64,000 nt of DNA from Spirochaetaceae bacterium (GCA_020353535.1 CP070696.1:1677828-1741827), one strand, 5' to 3'; numbered from the stretch's first letter, positions 44,745 to 55,055 are shown. The notes: generated from the letters alone by a model not told the origin. Translations and numbers: made by a program.

Positions 44745-45023
44745 AATCTCACTCCTATCAATCTGAATTCGCTCTTCGCGAGGCATTCCTCCAGCCAAGA
44801 CCGGCTGTCATCCTCCAGCCGCCCTACGTACGGCTGTCGTAACAAAATCGCTCTCGCGATGTCCTACGGAAAGCCTAAATCAAAATTCCCCACTTGGCAA
44901 GAAAATCGGCCGAACCCGCCTTTTGCCTTTCGCCTATACAGATAGTATTCTATATAGTAAGTTATTAGCCGAGCACTTCAACGACGATCTATAGACCCAA
45001 AAAAACGGGCAGGAGGGAGACGC

Positions 45024-45476
45024 ATGACCAAGCAGGAAATACTCAATACTCTGGAGATGATTCTCAACGAAGCCCACACCGCGGTGCTGGCCACCACGGA
45101 TCGGGAGGGCCGACCCCACATCCGCTGGATGACCCCCGCACTGCTCCGCGGTCGCAGCGGGGCTGTTTATGCGGTCACCTCCCCTCGTTTCGGGAAGATC
45201 GTACAGCTGGAGGCGCATCCGGAGGTGGAGTGGATGTTTCAAACTCCGATACTGGATACCATCGTCACTGTGCGCGGCCGCATAAATATCGTAGACAATC
45301 CCTCGATCCTTTCGGAGGTCCTGGAAACTCTGGGACCCTTCATGCGCTCCTTCTGGAAGCTCAAGGGGGACGAGAGTGACCTGGTCGTCCTGGAGACGAT
45401 CATCGAGGAGGCGATCTACTACAAGCCCATGAAGGGTGTGAAGGAAATCGTCGGGGATTGGAGAAAGGGAAGCTAG
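45024..45476 (+). CDS. pyridoxamine 5'-phosphate oxidase family protein (general-stress-protein-26-like)
   Basis: AVLATTDREGRPHIRWMTP and the IVQLEAHPEVEWMF pattern. Confidence 0.7.
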   Translation: MTKQEILNTLEMILNEAHTAVLATTDREGRPHIRWMTPALLRGRSGAVYAVTSPRFGKIVQLEAHPEVEWMFQTPILDTIVTVRGRINIVDNPSILSEVLETLGPFMRSFWKLKGDESDLVVLETIIEEAIYYKPMKGVKEIVGDWRKGS

Positions 45477-45477
45477 C

Positions 45478-46542
45478 ATGGCGAAGACAAAAGCCGAGGC
45501 GACCCGGGCGGGCGCGAAGGGCAAGCTGGTAGGAACTACAGGTACTGTTCCTGGGAAAACGGCGGCATCGAAAGCGCCCGGGGGCGGTGAGAAGGCGTTC
45601 CGCACCGAGCTGCTGCGCCAGATGCTGCTGATCCGCCGCCTGGAGGAGAAGTCGGCCCAGATGTACGGGCTGCGCAAGATCGGAGGATTCTGCCACCTCT
45701 ACATCGGTCAGGAGGCTGTAGCCGTCGGTGCTGTGGCTGCTCTGGATCTGAAGAAAGACTATGTGCTTACCGCCTACCGGGATCACGGGCACGCCCTGGC
45801 CTGCGGTATGGATCCCAAGGCTATGATGGCGGAGCTTTACGGTAAGGTGACGGGTTGTTCGAGGGGCAAGGGTGGTTCCATGCACCTCTTCGATGCGGAA
45901 AATCACATGCTGGGTGGCAACGGCATCGTCGGTGCCCACATCCCTCTGGCCACCGGTGTGGCTCTGAAGCTCAGTTACAAGAAGGAGAACGGGGTGGTGC
46001 TCTGCTTCTTCGGTGACGGGGCGATTCATCAGGGTTCGTTCCACGAGAGCCTCAATCTGGCCAAGATCTGGAATTTGCCGATCGTGTACATCTGTGAAAA
46101 CAACCAGTACGGGATGGGAACCGATTTCCGGCGCGTTTCCTCGGTCACGGATTTTTCGAAAATGGGCGTATCCTACGACATTCCCGGCAGCCAGATGGAC
46201 GGCATGGATGTGTTGAAGGTCCATGGGGCGGTGAAGGAGGCCGTGGAGAGGGCCAGGAAAGAACATCGACCCAGTTTCATTGAAGCGGTGACCTATCGAT
46301 ACAAAGGGCATTCGATGAGCGATCCCGCCACCTACAGGACCAAAGAGGAGCTGGAGGAGTACAAGAGCCAGGATCCGATCCTCATCCTGAAGGCGGAGAT
46401 GCTGAAAGCGAAACAGCTCACCAATGACGAGTTCGACAAGATCGATGCCGAATGCAAGCGTATCAGCGCAGAGGCTGCCCAGTTTGCGGAAGACAGCCCG
46501 CAGCCGGCCGTAGACACGCTGTATGAAGACGTGTTGGTGTAG
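45478..46542 (+). CDS. pdhA: pyruvate dehydrogenase E1 component subunit alpha
   Basis: GFCHLYIGQEAVAVG, YRDHGH, GGNGIVGAHIPLATG, FFGDGAIHQG, ICENNQYGMGT. Confidence 0.92.
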   Translation: MAKTKAEATRAGAKGKLVGTTGTVPGKTAASKAPGGGEKAFRTELLRQMLLIRRLEEKSAQMYGLRKIGGFCHLYIGQEAVAVGAVAALDLKKDYVLTAYRDHGHALACGMDPKAMMAELYGKVTGCSRGKGGSMHLFDAENHMLGGNGIVGAHIPLATGVALKLSYKKENGVVLCFFGDGAIHQGSFHESLNLAKIWNLPIVYICENNQYGMGTDFRRVSSVTDFSKMGVSYDIPGSQMDGMDVLKVHGAVKEAVERARKEHRPSFIEAVTYRYKGHSMSDPATYRTKEELEEYKSQDPILILKAEMLKAKQLTNDEFDKIDAECKRISAEAAQFAEDSPQPAVDTLYEDVLV

Positions 46543-46554
46543 GGGAGGACAGCG

Positions 46555-47532
46555 ATGCCAGTGATTGCTTTTCGTCAGGCCCTTAAAGATGCTATGGACG
46601 AGGAGATGGCCCGGGACCAGAACGTCATTCTGATGGGCGAAGAGGTGGCTCAGTACAACGGCGCCTACAAGGTCAGCCAGGGTCTGCTGGACAAGTACGG
46701 ACCGCAGCGGGTCATCGACACGCCCATCACCGAGGAGGGATTTACCGGTGTGGGGATCGGCGCCGCCTTGGTGGGTCTGCGGCCGATCGTGGAGTGGATG
46801 ACCCTGAACTTCTCCGCCCAAGCCTTCGACCAGGTCCTCAATAACGCAGCCAAAATGCTGCACATGTCCGGTGGTCAGCTGAGGGTGCCCATCGTGTTCC
46901 GCGGTCCCAACGGTCCGGCGGAATACCTCTCCAGCCAGCACTCCCAATCCTTCCAGGCCTTCTACAGTCATATTCCCGGGATCAAGGTGGTGGCTCCTTC
47001 TACGCCCTACGATGCCAAAGGAATGCTGAAAGCGGCGATCCGGGACGACAATCCGGTAGTCTTTCTAGAGGCGGAGTTGATGTACGCCTGGAAGGGGGAG
47101 GTTCCGGATGAGGAGTATCTAGTGCCCCTCGGCAAGGCGGACGTTAAAAGAGCGGGGGAGGAGGTAACCCTGATCAGCTTCTCCAAACCGATGCAGATGA
47201 CTTTGGAGGCGGCGGACGTTCTGGAAAAGGAGGGCTACAGTGCCGAGGTGCTGGACCTGCGTTCCCTGCGGCCGTTGGATGAACAGGCTGTCTACGAATC
47301 CGTGCGCAAGACCAACCGCTGCGTCGTGATCGACAACGACTGGCCCATGGCCAGCTTCGCCTCCTACCTCGGCTGGCTGATTTCCAAAAATTGTTTCGAC
47401 TCACTCGATGCGCCGGTGGAGCTGGTGACCATGGAGGACGTGCCCATGCCCTACAACCACAACCTGGAACTGGCGGTGCAACCCTCCGTGGAGAAGATCG
47501 TGAGCGCGGCCAAACGGGTGATGTATGTCTGA
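46555..47532 (+). CDS. pdhB: pyruvate dehydrogenase E1 component subunit beta
   Basis: VILMGEEVAQYNGAYKVSQGL, VIDTPITEEGFTGVGIGAA, PVVFLE. Confidence 0.92.
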   Translation: MPVIAFRQALKDAMDEEMARDQNVILMGEEVAQYNGAYKVSQGLLDKYGPQRVIDTPITEEGFTGVGIGAALVGLRPIVEWMTLNFSAQAFDQVLNNAAKMLHMSGGQLRVPIVFRGPNGPAEYLSSQHSQSFQAFYSHIPGIKVVAPSTPYDAKGMLKAAIRDDNPVVFLEAELMYAWKGEVPDEEYLVPLGKADVKRAGEEVTLISFSKPMQMTLEAADVLEKEGYSAEVLDLRSLRPLDEQAVYESVRKTNRCVVIDNDWPMASFASYLGWLISKNCFDSLDAPVELVTMEDVPMPYNHNLELAVQPSVEKIVSAAKRVMYV

Positions 47533-47546
47533 AGGAGAGCAAGCGT

Positions 47547-48944
47547 ATGGCTGAGCAGGTATTGATGTTGGCCCTTTCCCCCACCATGGAAGAGGGAACG
47601 ATCGTCAAATGGCACAAGAAGGAGGGAGACCCGGTCGCCCAGAGCGATATCATCTGCGAGGTGGAGACGGACAAAGCCACCATGGAGTACGAGTCCGTAA
47701 ACGAGGGCACCCTGCTCAAGATCCTGGTCCCCGACGGCGGACAGGCCAAGGTAGGGGATCCGATCGCCGTGGTGGGCGAATCCGGCGAAGACATCAGCGC
47801 TCTGGTCGAAGCAGGCGCACAGAAGGCGGGCAGTGCTGCTGCCCCCGAAGCGGCGGCAGAGGCTGCCGCAGGGCCGGCTGCTGCCTCAGTGCCAGCAGGA
47901 CAGCCTGCCGCAGCGCCATCAAAAGCGCCTCAGCCGGCTGTCTCGGAACCCTCTGCTGCAGAGCCGAAAGTCGTCTCTCCTCCAGTGACGCCTGCAGCCC
48001 CGGCTCAACCCGCGGCCTACGTTCCGGCCGGTGAAATCAAAGCCTCGCCACTGGCCCGAAAGATGGCCGGCGAGCAGGGCATCGATTTGCGCTCTTTTCG
48101 GGGAAGCGGTCCTGCGGGCCGGATCGTGAAGCGGGACATCGAAAAGGCGCTGCGGCAGGTGGCCTCCTACGGCCCCGCAGCAGCGGTGGGCGTTCAGGGT
48201 CCGGTGGTCTCCGCGTTCATGCCTGTAGCGACCGGTACCACAGTCGGCGGCAAGGATGAGCAGAGGCCGGTGACGGGAAAGCGCAAGATCATCGCCCAGC
48301 GTCTCTCGGAATCCAAGTTTTCCGCTCCCCACTACTACCTGCGCATCGACGTAGATGCCGGAGCCATGATGACGGCCCGTCAGCGCCTCAATGCCCGCCT
48401 GCCAAAGGACGCAGGCGGCAAAGTGTCGCCCAACGCCTTTTTGATAAAGTTCGTGGCAGAAACCCTGAAGAAGTACCCCGTCGTCAACTCCAGCTGGCAG
48501 GGAGACACGATTCTGCAGTTCGGGAAGATCGACATCGCTTTGGCCGTGGCTCAGGAGGACGGGCTGATCACGCCTGTTGTACGTGACTGCGGCTCCAAGG
48601 GGATTGTCCAGATCGACAGGGAGCTCAAAGTCCTGATCGACAAGGCGAGGACAAACAAGCTCACCCCGGAGGAGTACAGTGGGGCCACCTTCACCGTCAG
48701 CAGCCTGGGAACCTCGGGGATCATCGAGTTCACAGCCATCATCAATCCTCCGGGTTCGGCCATCCTGGCGGTGGGACGGATCCACAACGCTCCCGTCGTG
48801 GAGGAAAACGGATCGATCGGCGTACGCTCTCAGATGATGTTGACCCTCTCCTGTGATCACCGGGTGATCGACGGAGCGGTTGGAGCGGCCTTCCTGACGG
48901 ATTTAAAGGGGATGATCGAGTATCCGATCGATCATCTGTACTGA
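47547..48944 (+). CDS. dihydrolipoamide acetyltransferase (PDH E2)
   Basis: Lipoyl domain EVETDKATMEYE, an Ala/Pro linker, E3-binding ASPLARKMAGEQGIDL, and the catalytic LSCDHRVIDGA. Start is the ATG at 47547 behind GAAGGAGAG. Confidence 0.92.
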   Translation: MAEQVLMLALSPTMEEGTIVKWHKKEGDPVAQSDIICEVETDKATMEYESVNEGTLLKILVPDGGQAKVGDPIAVVGESGEDISALVEAGAQKAGSAAAPEAAAEAAAGPAAASVPAGQPAAAPSKAPQPAVSEPSAAEPKVVSPPVTPAAPAQPAAYVPAGEIKASPLARKMAGEQGIDLRSFRGSGPAGRIVKRDIEKALRQVASYGPAAAVGVQGPVVSAFMPVATGTTVGGKDEQRPVTGKRKIIAQRLSESKFSAPHYYLRIDVDAGAMMTARQRLNARLPKDAGGKVSPNAFLIKFVAETLKKYPVVNSSWQGDTILQFGKIDIALAVAQEDGLITPVVRDCGSKGIVQIDRELKVLIDKARTNKLTPEEYSGATFTVSSLGTSGIIEFTAIINPPGSAILAVGRIHNAPVVEENGSIGVRSQMMLTLSCDHRVIDGAVGAAFLTDLKGMIEYPIDHLY

Positions 48945-48957
48945 TAAGGAGACATCT

Positions 48958-50346
48958 ATGGCTGATTACAACTACGACCTGTTGGTACTCGGGGCCGGCC
49001 CGGGTGGGTACGTGGCCGCCATCCGGGCAACCCAACTGGGGATGAAAGCGGGGGTCATCGAAAAGGACAAGCCCGGGGGGGTCTGCCTGAACATCGGCTG
49101 CATCCCCTCCAAGGCGCTGATTCATCAGGCGGAGCTGATGCGCTCAGGCAAAGAGCTGGAGGAGATCGGAGTCAAAGTCGATGCTTCCGGTCTGGACTAC
49201 GGCAAGGTCTTCGCCTTCTCCCGCAAGGCGGCGGATACCCTGTCACGGGGGGTCGGCTACCTCTTGAAGAAGAACAAGATCGATCTGATCGCCGGAGAAG
49301 GGAAGATAGCTTCGGCCCATGAGATCGAGGTAAAGGGGCACGGCAAGGTCTCGGGCAAGAATCTGCTCATCGCCACAGGTTCTCGACCCCGGTCGATTCC
49401 AGGATTCGATTTCGATGAAAAAACGGTGCTTTCCTCCACCGGTGCGCTGATGCTCGAGAAGTTGCCCAAACGGATCTGCGTTCTAGGAGGAGGTGCGATC
49501 GGTGTGGAGTTTGCCCACATCATGAACGCCTTCGGCGTTGAAGTGCACCTGGTGGAAATGCTGGATCACCTGCTGCCCCTGGAGGACGAAGAGGCGGTGG
49601 AAGTGTTGGTGCGCTCCTTCAAAAAGCGAGGGATCAAGATCTATACCTCCACCAGGGCAACCGGGTCCACCAAGAGCGGCAAAGCCGTGAAAGTCAGCCT
49701 GGAAGGCAAGGAGGGCAAGCAGGAGCTGGAGGTGGATCAGATCCTGCTGGTGGTGGGTCGGGTTGCCAACACCGAAGGCATCGGGCTGGAGAAGCTGGGG
49801 ATCAAGGTGGAGAAGGGATTCATTCCCGTCGGCGAGTACTACCAGACCTCGGCTGCCGGAGTCTATGCCATCGGGGATGTGGTGAACTCTCCGATGCTGG
49901 CCCACGTGGCCTCAAAGGAGGGGGAGATCGCGGTGGAGCATCTCGCCGGCCATCAAACACCGACCAAGCTCGATCCCAATGCCATCCCGGGAGCAGTCTA
50001 CTGCGAGCCCCAGCTGGCCAGCTTCGGCTATACGGAAAAAGCGGCCAAGGAAGCGGGGCTCCAATTCGAAAAGGCCGTATTCCCCTACCGGGGTGCAGGA
50101 AAATCGGTTGCCATCGGCAGAAGCGAGGGCCTGCTCAAGATGCTCGTGGACAGGGAAACCCGGGAGATCCTCGGTGCCCATGTGGTCGGTGCAGAGGCCA
50201 CCGAGCTGATCCACGAGATCCTCCTGGCCAAGACGGCGGAGCTCCTGCCGGAAGATATCGCCGTGATGACCCACGCCCATCCCACCCTCTCGGAGGGGGT
50301 GATGGAGATGGCCCGCATGGCCGAGGGCTGGGTCATCCACGTTTGA
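48958..50346 (+). CDS. lpdA: dihydrolipoyl dehydrogenase (E3)
   Basis: LLVLGAGPGGYVAAIRA, GGVCLNIGCIPSK, THAHPTLSE. Confidence 0.93.
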   Translation: MADYNYDLLVLGAGPGGYVAAIRATQLGMKAGVIEKDKPGGVCLNIGCIPSKALIHQAELMRSGKELEEIGVKVDASGLDYGKVFAFSRKAADTLSRGVGYLLKKNKIDLIAGEGKIASAHEIEVKGHGKVSGKNLLIATGSRPRSIPGFDFDEKTVLSSTGALMLEKLPKRICVLGGGAIGVEFAHIMNAFGVEVHLVEMLDHLLPLEDEEAVEVLVRSFKKRGIKIYTSTRATGSTKSGKAVKVSLEGKEGKQELEVDQILLVVGRVANTEGIGLEKLGIKVEKGFIPVGEYYQTSAAGVYAIGDVVNSPMLAHVASKEGEIAVEHLAGHQTPTKLDPNAIPGAVYCEPQLASFGYTEKAAKEAGLQFEKAVFPYRGAGKSVAIGRSEGLLKMLVDRETREILGAHVVGAEATELIHEILLAKTAELLPEDIAVMTHAHPTLSEGVMEMARMAEGWVIHV

Positions 50347-50367
50347 CTCCCGCAGAATGCTCGATCC

Positions 50368-51135
50368 ATGAGCCTGATCGATCTGACCGGACAAACTGCT
50401 CTGATTACGGGAGCTGCCAAACGGGTCGGGCGAAGCATCGCGAGCGCCCTGGCCGACCAGGGCGTAAACATCGTCGTGCACTACAACACCTCCCGCGGAG
50501 AGGCTGAGGCTCTCACGGCGCAGCTTCGGGATCGCGGTGTCGACGCCCGGACGGTCCAATCACCCCTGGACGATCGGGCTCAGGTCGAGGGGATGTGGGA
50601 ACAAGCCCTGGGCTGCGCACCGGGCGGGCGGATCTCCCTCTTAGTGAATAATGCCTCGATCTTCCCGTCGGACACCTTGAGCACGCTCAGCCCGGAGAAC
50701 CTGGAACAGAATCTGAGTGTCAATGCCCTGGCTCCACTGTACCTGATCCGTCTGTTCGCCGCCCAAGTGCGGAACGCCAACGCCCCGCCTGCGTGCGTGG
50801 TCAACCTGCTGGACAGCCGGATCGGCGGCTACATGAAAAAACATGTTTCTTACGCCTTGAGCAAGCGCATGCTCTTCAGTCTGACCCGTATGCTGGCCCT
50901 GGAGCTGGCCCCCAAGGTGAGGGTCAATGCCGTGGCTCCTGGAATGGTGCTTGCGCCGGAGGGAGAGAGCGGGGAGACTCTGGAGCGGCTGGCCGCCCGG
51001 GCACCTTTAGCTCGCTGGGGTGCGCCGGAAGATGTGGCCAACGCGGTCGCATTCCTCATGCGCAACGACTACCTCACCGGACAGGTCATTTACGTCGACG
51101 GGGGAGCCTTCATCAAGGAGGATCCGTATGGCTGA
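50368..51135 (+). CDS. SDR-family oxidoreductase (pteridine/dihydromonapterin reductase-like by context)
   Basis: ALITGAAKRVGRSIA and YALSK, both typical of classical SDRs. The folB gene overlaps its 3' end. Confidence 0.75.
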   Translation: MSLIDLTGQTALITGAAKRVGRSIASALADQGVNIVVHYNTSRGEAEALTAQLRDRGVDARTVQSPLDDRAQVEGMWEQALGCAPGGRISLLVNNASIFPSDTLSTLSPENLEQNLSVNALAPLYLIRLFAAQVRNANAPPACVVNLLDSRIGGYMKKHVSYALSKRMLFSLTRMLALELAPKVRVNAVAPGMVLAPEGESGETLERLAARAPLARWGAPEDVANAVAFLMRNDYLTGQVIYVDGGAFIKEDPYG

Positions 51136-51529
51136 GGCTTGCGACAGAATCTATCTGCAGGATCTCAGGGTGGCCTGCATCATCGGCACCGGGGAGCAGG
51201 AGCGGCGCCGAGCCCAGGAGATCGGCATCGATGTCTGCCTGCACCTGGATCTGGAAGAGCCGGGGCGCAGCGACCGGCTGGAGGATACTGTGGACTACAG
51301 CTACCTGGCCCGGGAGATCACGGCCATGGCGGAAAGCTCTTCCTTCCGGCTGCTGGAGCGCCTGGCCGAGGAGATCGCAGCCCTCGGTTTGGCCAATCCA
51401 AAGGTGGAACGGGTGGAGGTGAGGGTGATCAAACCGCACGCTTTGCCCAGAGGCCGGGCCGCGGTTGTCGAGATCCTTCGTGACCGCAGCTCGAGCAAAC
51501 GCCCCATGGGCTTCGGAAGGTTTGTTTGA
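51128..51529 (+). CDS. folB: dihydroneopterin aldolase
   Basis: DRIYLQDLRVACIIGTGEQERRRAQEIGIDV and DTVDYSYLAREI. AGGAGG RBS, and an 8-nt overlap with the SDR gene (ATGGCTGA). Confidence 0.85.
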   Translation: MAEACDRIYLQDLRVACIIGTGEQERRRAQEIGIDVCLHLDLEEPGRSDRLEDTVDYSYLAREITAMAESSSFRLLERLAEEIAALGLANPKVERVEVRVIKPHALPRGRAAVVEILRDRSSSKRPMGFGRFV

Positions 51530-51551
51530 AAACTGGAGAGGTTAAAAAAAG

Positions 51552-52400
51552 ATGAAGATCGGTATCGACAGCTACTGCTACCATCGCTACTTCGGCGAGG
51601 TCTATCCCGTGCAAACCACCCCGGGCACAACCATGACTGTCGAGGATTTTCTCGACCGCACCGTGGAGCTGGGCGCCGACGGGGTTTCCCTGGAGTCCTG
51701 TTTCCTGCCCAGTCGAGATCCCCGGTACCTCTCGGAGCTGTGTGGACGCCTCGATGAGTTCAAGCTGGAGCGTGTATACGCCTGGGGCCATCCCAACGGG
51801 CTGCTCGGCGGTAAAAGCCCCGAGGCCTACGACGACATGCTGCAGAGCCTGGAGCAGGCCAGGATGGTCAAAGCCGAGGTGATGCGCGTGGTGGGCAACA
51901 ACGGGCGCTATCGCTTCGACGAACATGAAAAACAGATTGAGCGGCTCTCCGGGATATTCGTCAAAGCGGTCAAAGAGGCCGAGCGCCAGGGGATCCGGCT
52001 GGCGATCGAGAACCACCAGGATTTCACCTTGGCGGAATTGGAAACCCTGTTCGAGAACGTGGCTTCCCCCTATCTCGGGCTCACCTTCGACTCGGGCAAC
52101 TGCCTGCGCATCCTCGATGATCCGGTCAAAGGGCTGGAGCGGCTGGCAGACAAGGTATACGCAACCCACATCAAGGACATCCGGCTTCAGAAAGGGATGC
52201 CCGCGAATATGTGGCAGTTCTTCGCCTGTGTCCCGGCGGGGGAGGGAGTCGTGGACCTGCCGCGGATTGTCGAAATCCTCAAAGATGCCGGCTACCGCGG
52301 CCTGTTGACCATAGAGATCGACTACCTGCACTCGGACTACGAAAACGATGAGGATGGGGTTCTGGCTCAGAGCATCGAGAACCTGCGGAAGTTGATCTGA
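51552..52400 (+). CDS. sugar phosphate isomerase/epimerase (xylose-isomerase-like TIM barrel)
   Basis: GADGVSLES, LAIENHQDF, HIKD and YRGLLTIEIDY. Confidence 0.75.
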   Translation: MKIGIDSYCYHRYFGEVYPVQTTPGTTMTVEDFLDRTVELGADGVSLESCFLPSRDPRYLSELCGRLDEFKLERVYAWGHPNGLLGGKSPEAYDDMLQSLEQARMVKAEVMRVVGNNGRYRFDEHEKQIERLSGIFVKAVKEAERQGIRLAIENHQDFTLAELETLFENVASPYLGLTFDSGNCLRILDDPVKGLERLADKVYATHIKDIRLQKGMPANMWQFFACVPAGEGVVDLPRIVEILKDAGYRGLLTIEIDYLHSDYENDEDGVLAQSIENLRKLI

Positions 52401-52407
52401 TTGGGTC

Positions 52408-53071
52408 TCACGGGGAAAAATGCTTCTCCAACCCGGCTGCGGGAATACCGTCGGAATCCCAGCCCCGCTTCTGATAGTACAGATCCAGCAGTTGCGAGAG
52501 AGTTGTCGGTTGTCCGGTCACGGAGCTGTAGAAACGCTCGTAGTGCTGCTCGTTCAGACCCAGCTCGATCTCCCTGGCGATGGTCCAGCTCGGGTGTGAT
52601 GGGCGCCGATGTCGCTGGTGGCGTAGGCCAGGGCCATGGAGGCGCCAGCCCGGCTGTCATGGCACAGGTCTCGTACTCCGGTCCCTCCACCACCGTGCCG
52701 ATGTACTTCCCGTGCTTGACCAGGAAGATGTTGCCGCAGCACATCGGACAGGAGAAGCAGGCGCTGTCCCCGATCTTGTAGCTGTCCAGCATGGTGTCGC
52801 CGTTGATCTGGCCGATGCGGGCGAAGCTGGCGTCCTTGAAGTTGTAGGAGGGTAGGATGCCGGCGGCGTTGGCGTACTCCATAACGTTCATCAGCCCTTC
52901 CCGCTGCCATAGCTCGAAGAACTTGTGGTTCCGCATGTAGGCATAAGTCTTCTCCGCTTCCTCGGTCAAACCTTTGAGGTCATGTACCGGCAGGTCCTTG
53001 GCGCCTCTACCGGGCAGGCATAGGCGCAGGCCGGAACAGAGCTCGGGGATGACGGCAAGTCGTTTGGCCAT
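52408..53071 (-). pseudogene. remnant of a second aldehyde:ferredoxin oxidoreductase gene (multiple deletions and frameshifts)
   Basis: Three minus-strand frames carry consecutive AOR pieces: GILPSYNF...ACFSCPMCCGN...GPEYETCAMTAG, then ALAYATSDIGAHHTRA, then LLDLYYQKRGWDSDGIPAAGLEK-stop. The total is about 660 nt against 1.9 kb for the intact copy at 7678. Confidence 0.7.
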
Positions 53072-53150
53072 GACAGTACCTCCGCTCACCTGACACGAGG
53101 ATGTGCGGCTATTGTCCATTTTCCCAAGGCGGAGTCAAGGTGTTGCTATG

Positions 53151-54254
53151 TCACTTGTACAGCCCGTAATCCCTGTAGGCCTCAAACAGGGCCAGCAAAT
53201 TATTCACAGGCGTATCCGCCTGAATATTGTGGGAAGTGCAGGCGATATAGCCGCCCCCCGGAGACATAATCTCAATCACCGCTTCTACATGCCTGCGTAC
53301 ATCCTCGGGCGAACCCTGGGGTAGAATTTTCTGGATCGAGATGCCTCCTTGGAAACAGAGTTTGTCTCCGAACTCTTTTTTTATGAATCTCGGATCCATG
53401 TCCATGGCCTCAGGTTGCAAGGACTGGAGAATGTCGAGATTGCATTCGATCATGTCGGGGATTAGCGGAGCGATCGCCCCACATGTATGATGCATCACGA
53501 AGCTACCGTGATCTTTTCCCAGTTTTACGAATTCCTCGAATCCAGGTTTGAGGAATTCCCTCCACATGGAGAGGGAGATCAAAGGGGCGTTTTGGCTGCC
53601 GAAGTCATCTCCTGTACAAAGAATGTCGATTTTTCCTTTTGCAGCTGCCAAAATCCTTCGCCCGTACTCCAAATAAAACTCGGAGATTTTTCGGAACAAG
53701 GCTCGGGCGAGGTCAGGATTCTCCACCATATCGATGAAGATTTGTTCAAATCCCCTTAGATAGCATGCCGGCTTCAATTGGGCGATTCTATTCAAACGAT
53801 CGCCCATGAAGACAACCACTCGCCCGGCGTCCCTGATTCTCAGACACTGCTCCTCGATCGAGCTGTAGTCAAACCACTCCGCCGAAGGCCAACGATCGTA
53901 TTCAAGGATTTCTTCCACCGAATCGGCCTCTTGAAGTGGGCTATGAACCACTTGCTTATAGCTCTCCGGATATTCACCTGTACTATCAACCAGACTAACA
54001 TTAACCCGTTTTCGGGGTACTCCCCATATGTCGATATCAAGTGAACCTCCCTCACCGGCAAGAGGTGGCCCGCTGTATTGTGGTCCCTGGATGTAGCGGA
54101 GATCTACATCATGCTGATCGAGGAATTCGTCATAGGAGATTTTAAGGATTCTTTCGACTTTCACCCGCATGGCTGGCGATATCCAGCAATCCACAGGTAC
54201 GCGGTCCGGTTCTCGATGCTCGAGTGCAATAAACACTCTCTCTCGTGAATCCAC
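53151..54254 (-). CDS. uroporphyrinogen decarboxylase (URO-D) / MtaA-CmuA methyltransferase family protein
   Basis: RERVFIALEHREPDRVPVD, MHHTCGAIAPLIPDMIE and QGGISIQKILPQGSPEDV. GTG start overlaps the upstream stop by 1 nt. Confidence 0.75.
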   Translation of the reverse strand: MDSRERVFIALEHREPDRVPVDCWISPAMRVKVERILKISYDEFLDQHDVDLRYIQGPQYSGPPLAGEGGSLDIDIWGVPRKRVNVSLVDSTGEYPESYKQVVHSPLQEADSVEEILEYDRWPSAEWFDYSSIEEQCLRIRDAGRVVVFMGDRLNRIAQLKPACYLRGFEQIFIDMVENPDLARALFRKISEFYLEYGRRILAAAKGKIDILCTGDDFGSQNAPLISLSMWREFLKPGFEEFVKLGKDHGSFVMHHTCGAIAPLIPDMIECNLDILQSLQPEAMDMDPRFIKKEFGDKLCFQGGISIQKILPQGSPEDVRRHVEAVIEIMSPGGGYIACTSHNIQADTPVNNLLALFEAYRDYGLYK

Positions 54255-55054
54255 TACCGCATCCCGGTGTCGAAGAACGCCGATATGAAATCCCTGGCTT
54301 TACCGGCACTTTCCCGTGGGGGCGGCGTGCGCAGCTCAAGAACAAAGGGTCCCTCGAAATCGATTTCCTTCAAAGTTGACATCACCGCCGGCCAATCAAT
54401 GTTGCCTTGCCCCGGCAGGCTATGTTCGTCCTTCACGCCGAAGTTGTCGGATACGTGAACTTGAATAAGTTCATCCTGAAACTCTTGGAACAAGCGCTGT
54501 AAATAGGTATGGTCCCTTTCGCGGTGAAGGTTCGCATGGCCCGTATCGACGCAGATCCGAAAATTCCCCAGACCGGTTTTCTCCTTCAACCGGTCCCGGA
54601 CGTACTCCAGTATTTCAATCGTCCCGTTCTCCAATGCAAGGATTACCTCCCGCTTTCCCGCATACTCAACGATCCCAAATATGCGCTTCAGATCCCGGTC
54701 ACCGAACTTTACGGAGGGTTGAAGCTCGAGGGTGTCCGCCTCGATGCCCAACGATCGTGGGTGAACAACCAGAAGGTCCGCCTCCAGGTAGCGGCAGAGG
54801 TTGATTTCTTCTCGGATGGCTTCCTCCGAAAAGGTTTTCGTAACCCGGCTGTGCAGGCTCAGCCCCGTACGATTGCTGCAGCATTTCTTGACGACGGGCC
54901 AGTTGGTTCTGTCGAAGATATCGGGTTCTGGCAGCCAATCCAGGAACAGCTCCAAGCCGAAGCCGTTCCGGGCAATTTCGTCGGCTACCGCGCCCAGATT
55001 TGTGCTCTCATTGCGGTTGACGAGGTAATTCCAGGTGCTGACACAGAATCTCAT
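54254..55054 (-). CDS. sugar phosphate isomerase/epimerase (xylose-isomerase-like TIM barrel)
   Basis: GFGLELF, VVHP, LALENG, DTGHANL, HVSDN, FEGPFVLEL. Confidence 0.75.
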   Translation of the reverse strand: MRFCVSTWNYLVNRNESTNLGAVADEIARNGFGLELFLDWLPEPDIFDRTNWPVVKKCCSNRTGLSLHSRVTKTFSEEAIREEINLCRYLEADLLVVHPRSLGIEADTLELQPSVKFGDRDLKRIFGIVEYAGKREVILALENGTIEILEYVRDRLKEKTGLGNFRICVDTGHANLHRERDHTYLQRLFQEFQDELIQVHVSDNFGVKDEHSLPGQGNIDWPAVMSTLKEIDFEGPFVLELRTPPPRESAGKARDFISAFFDTGMR

Positions 55055-55055
55055 G

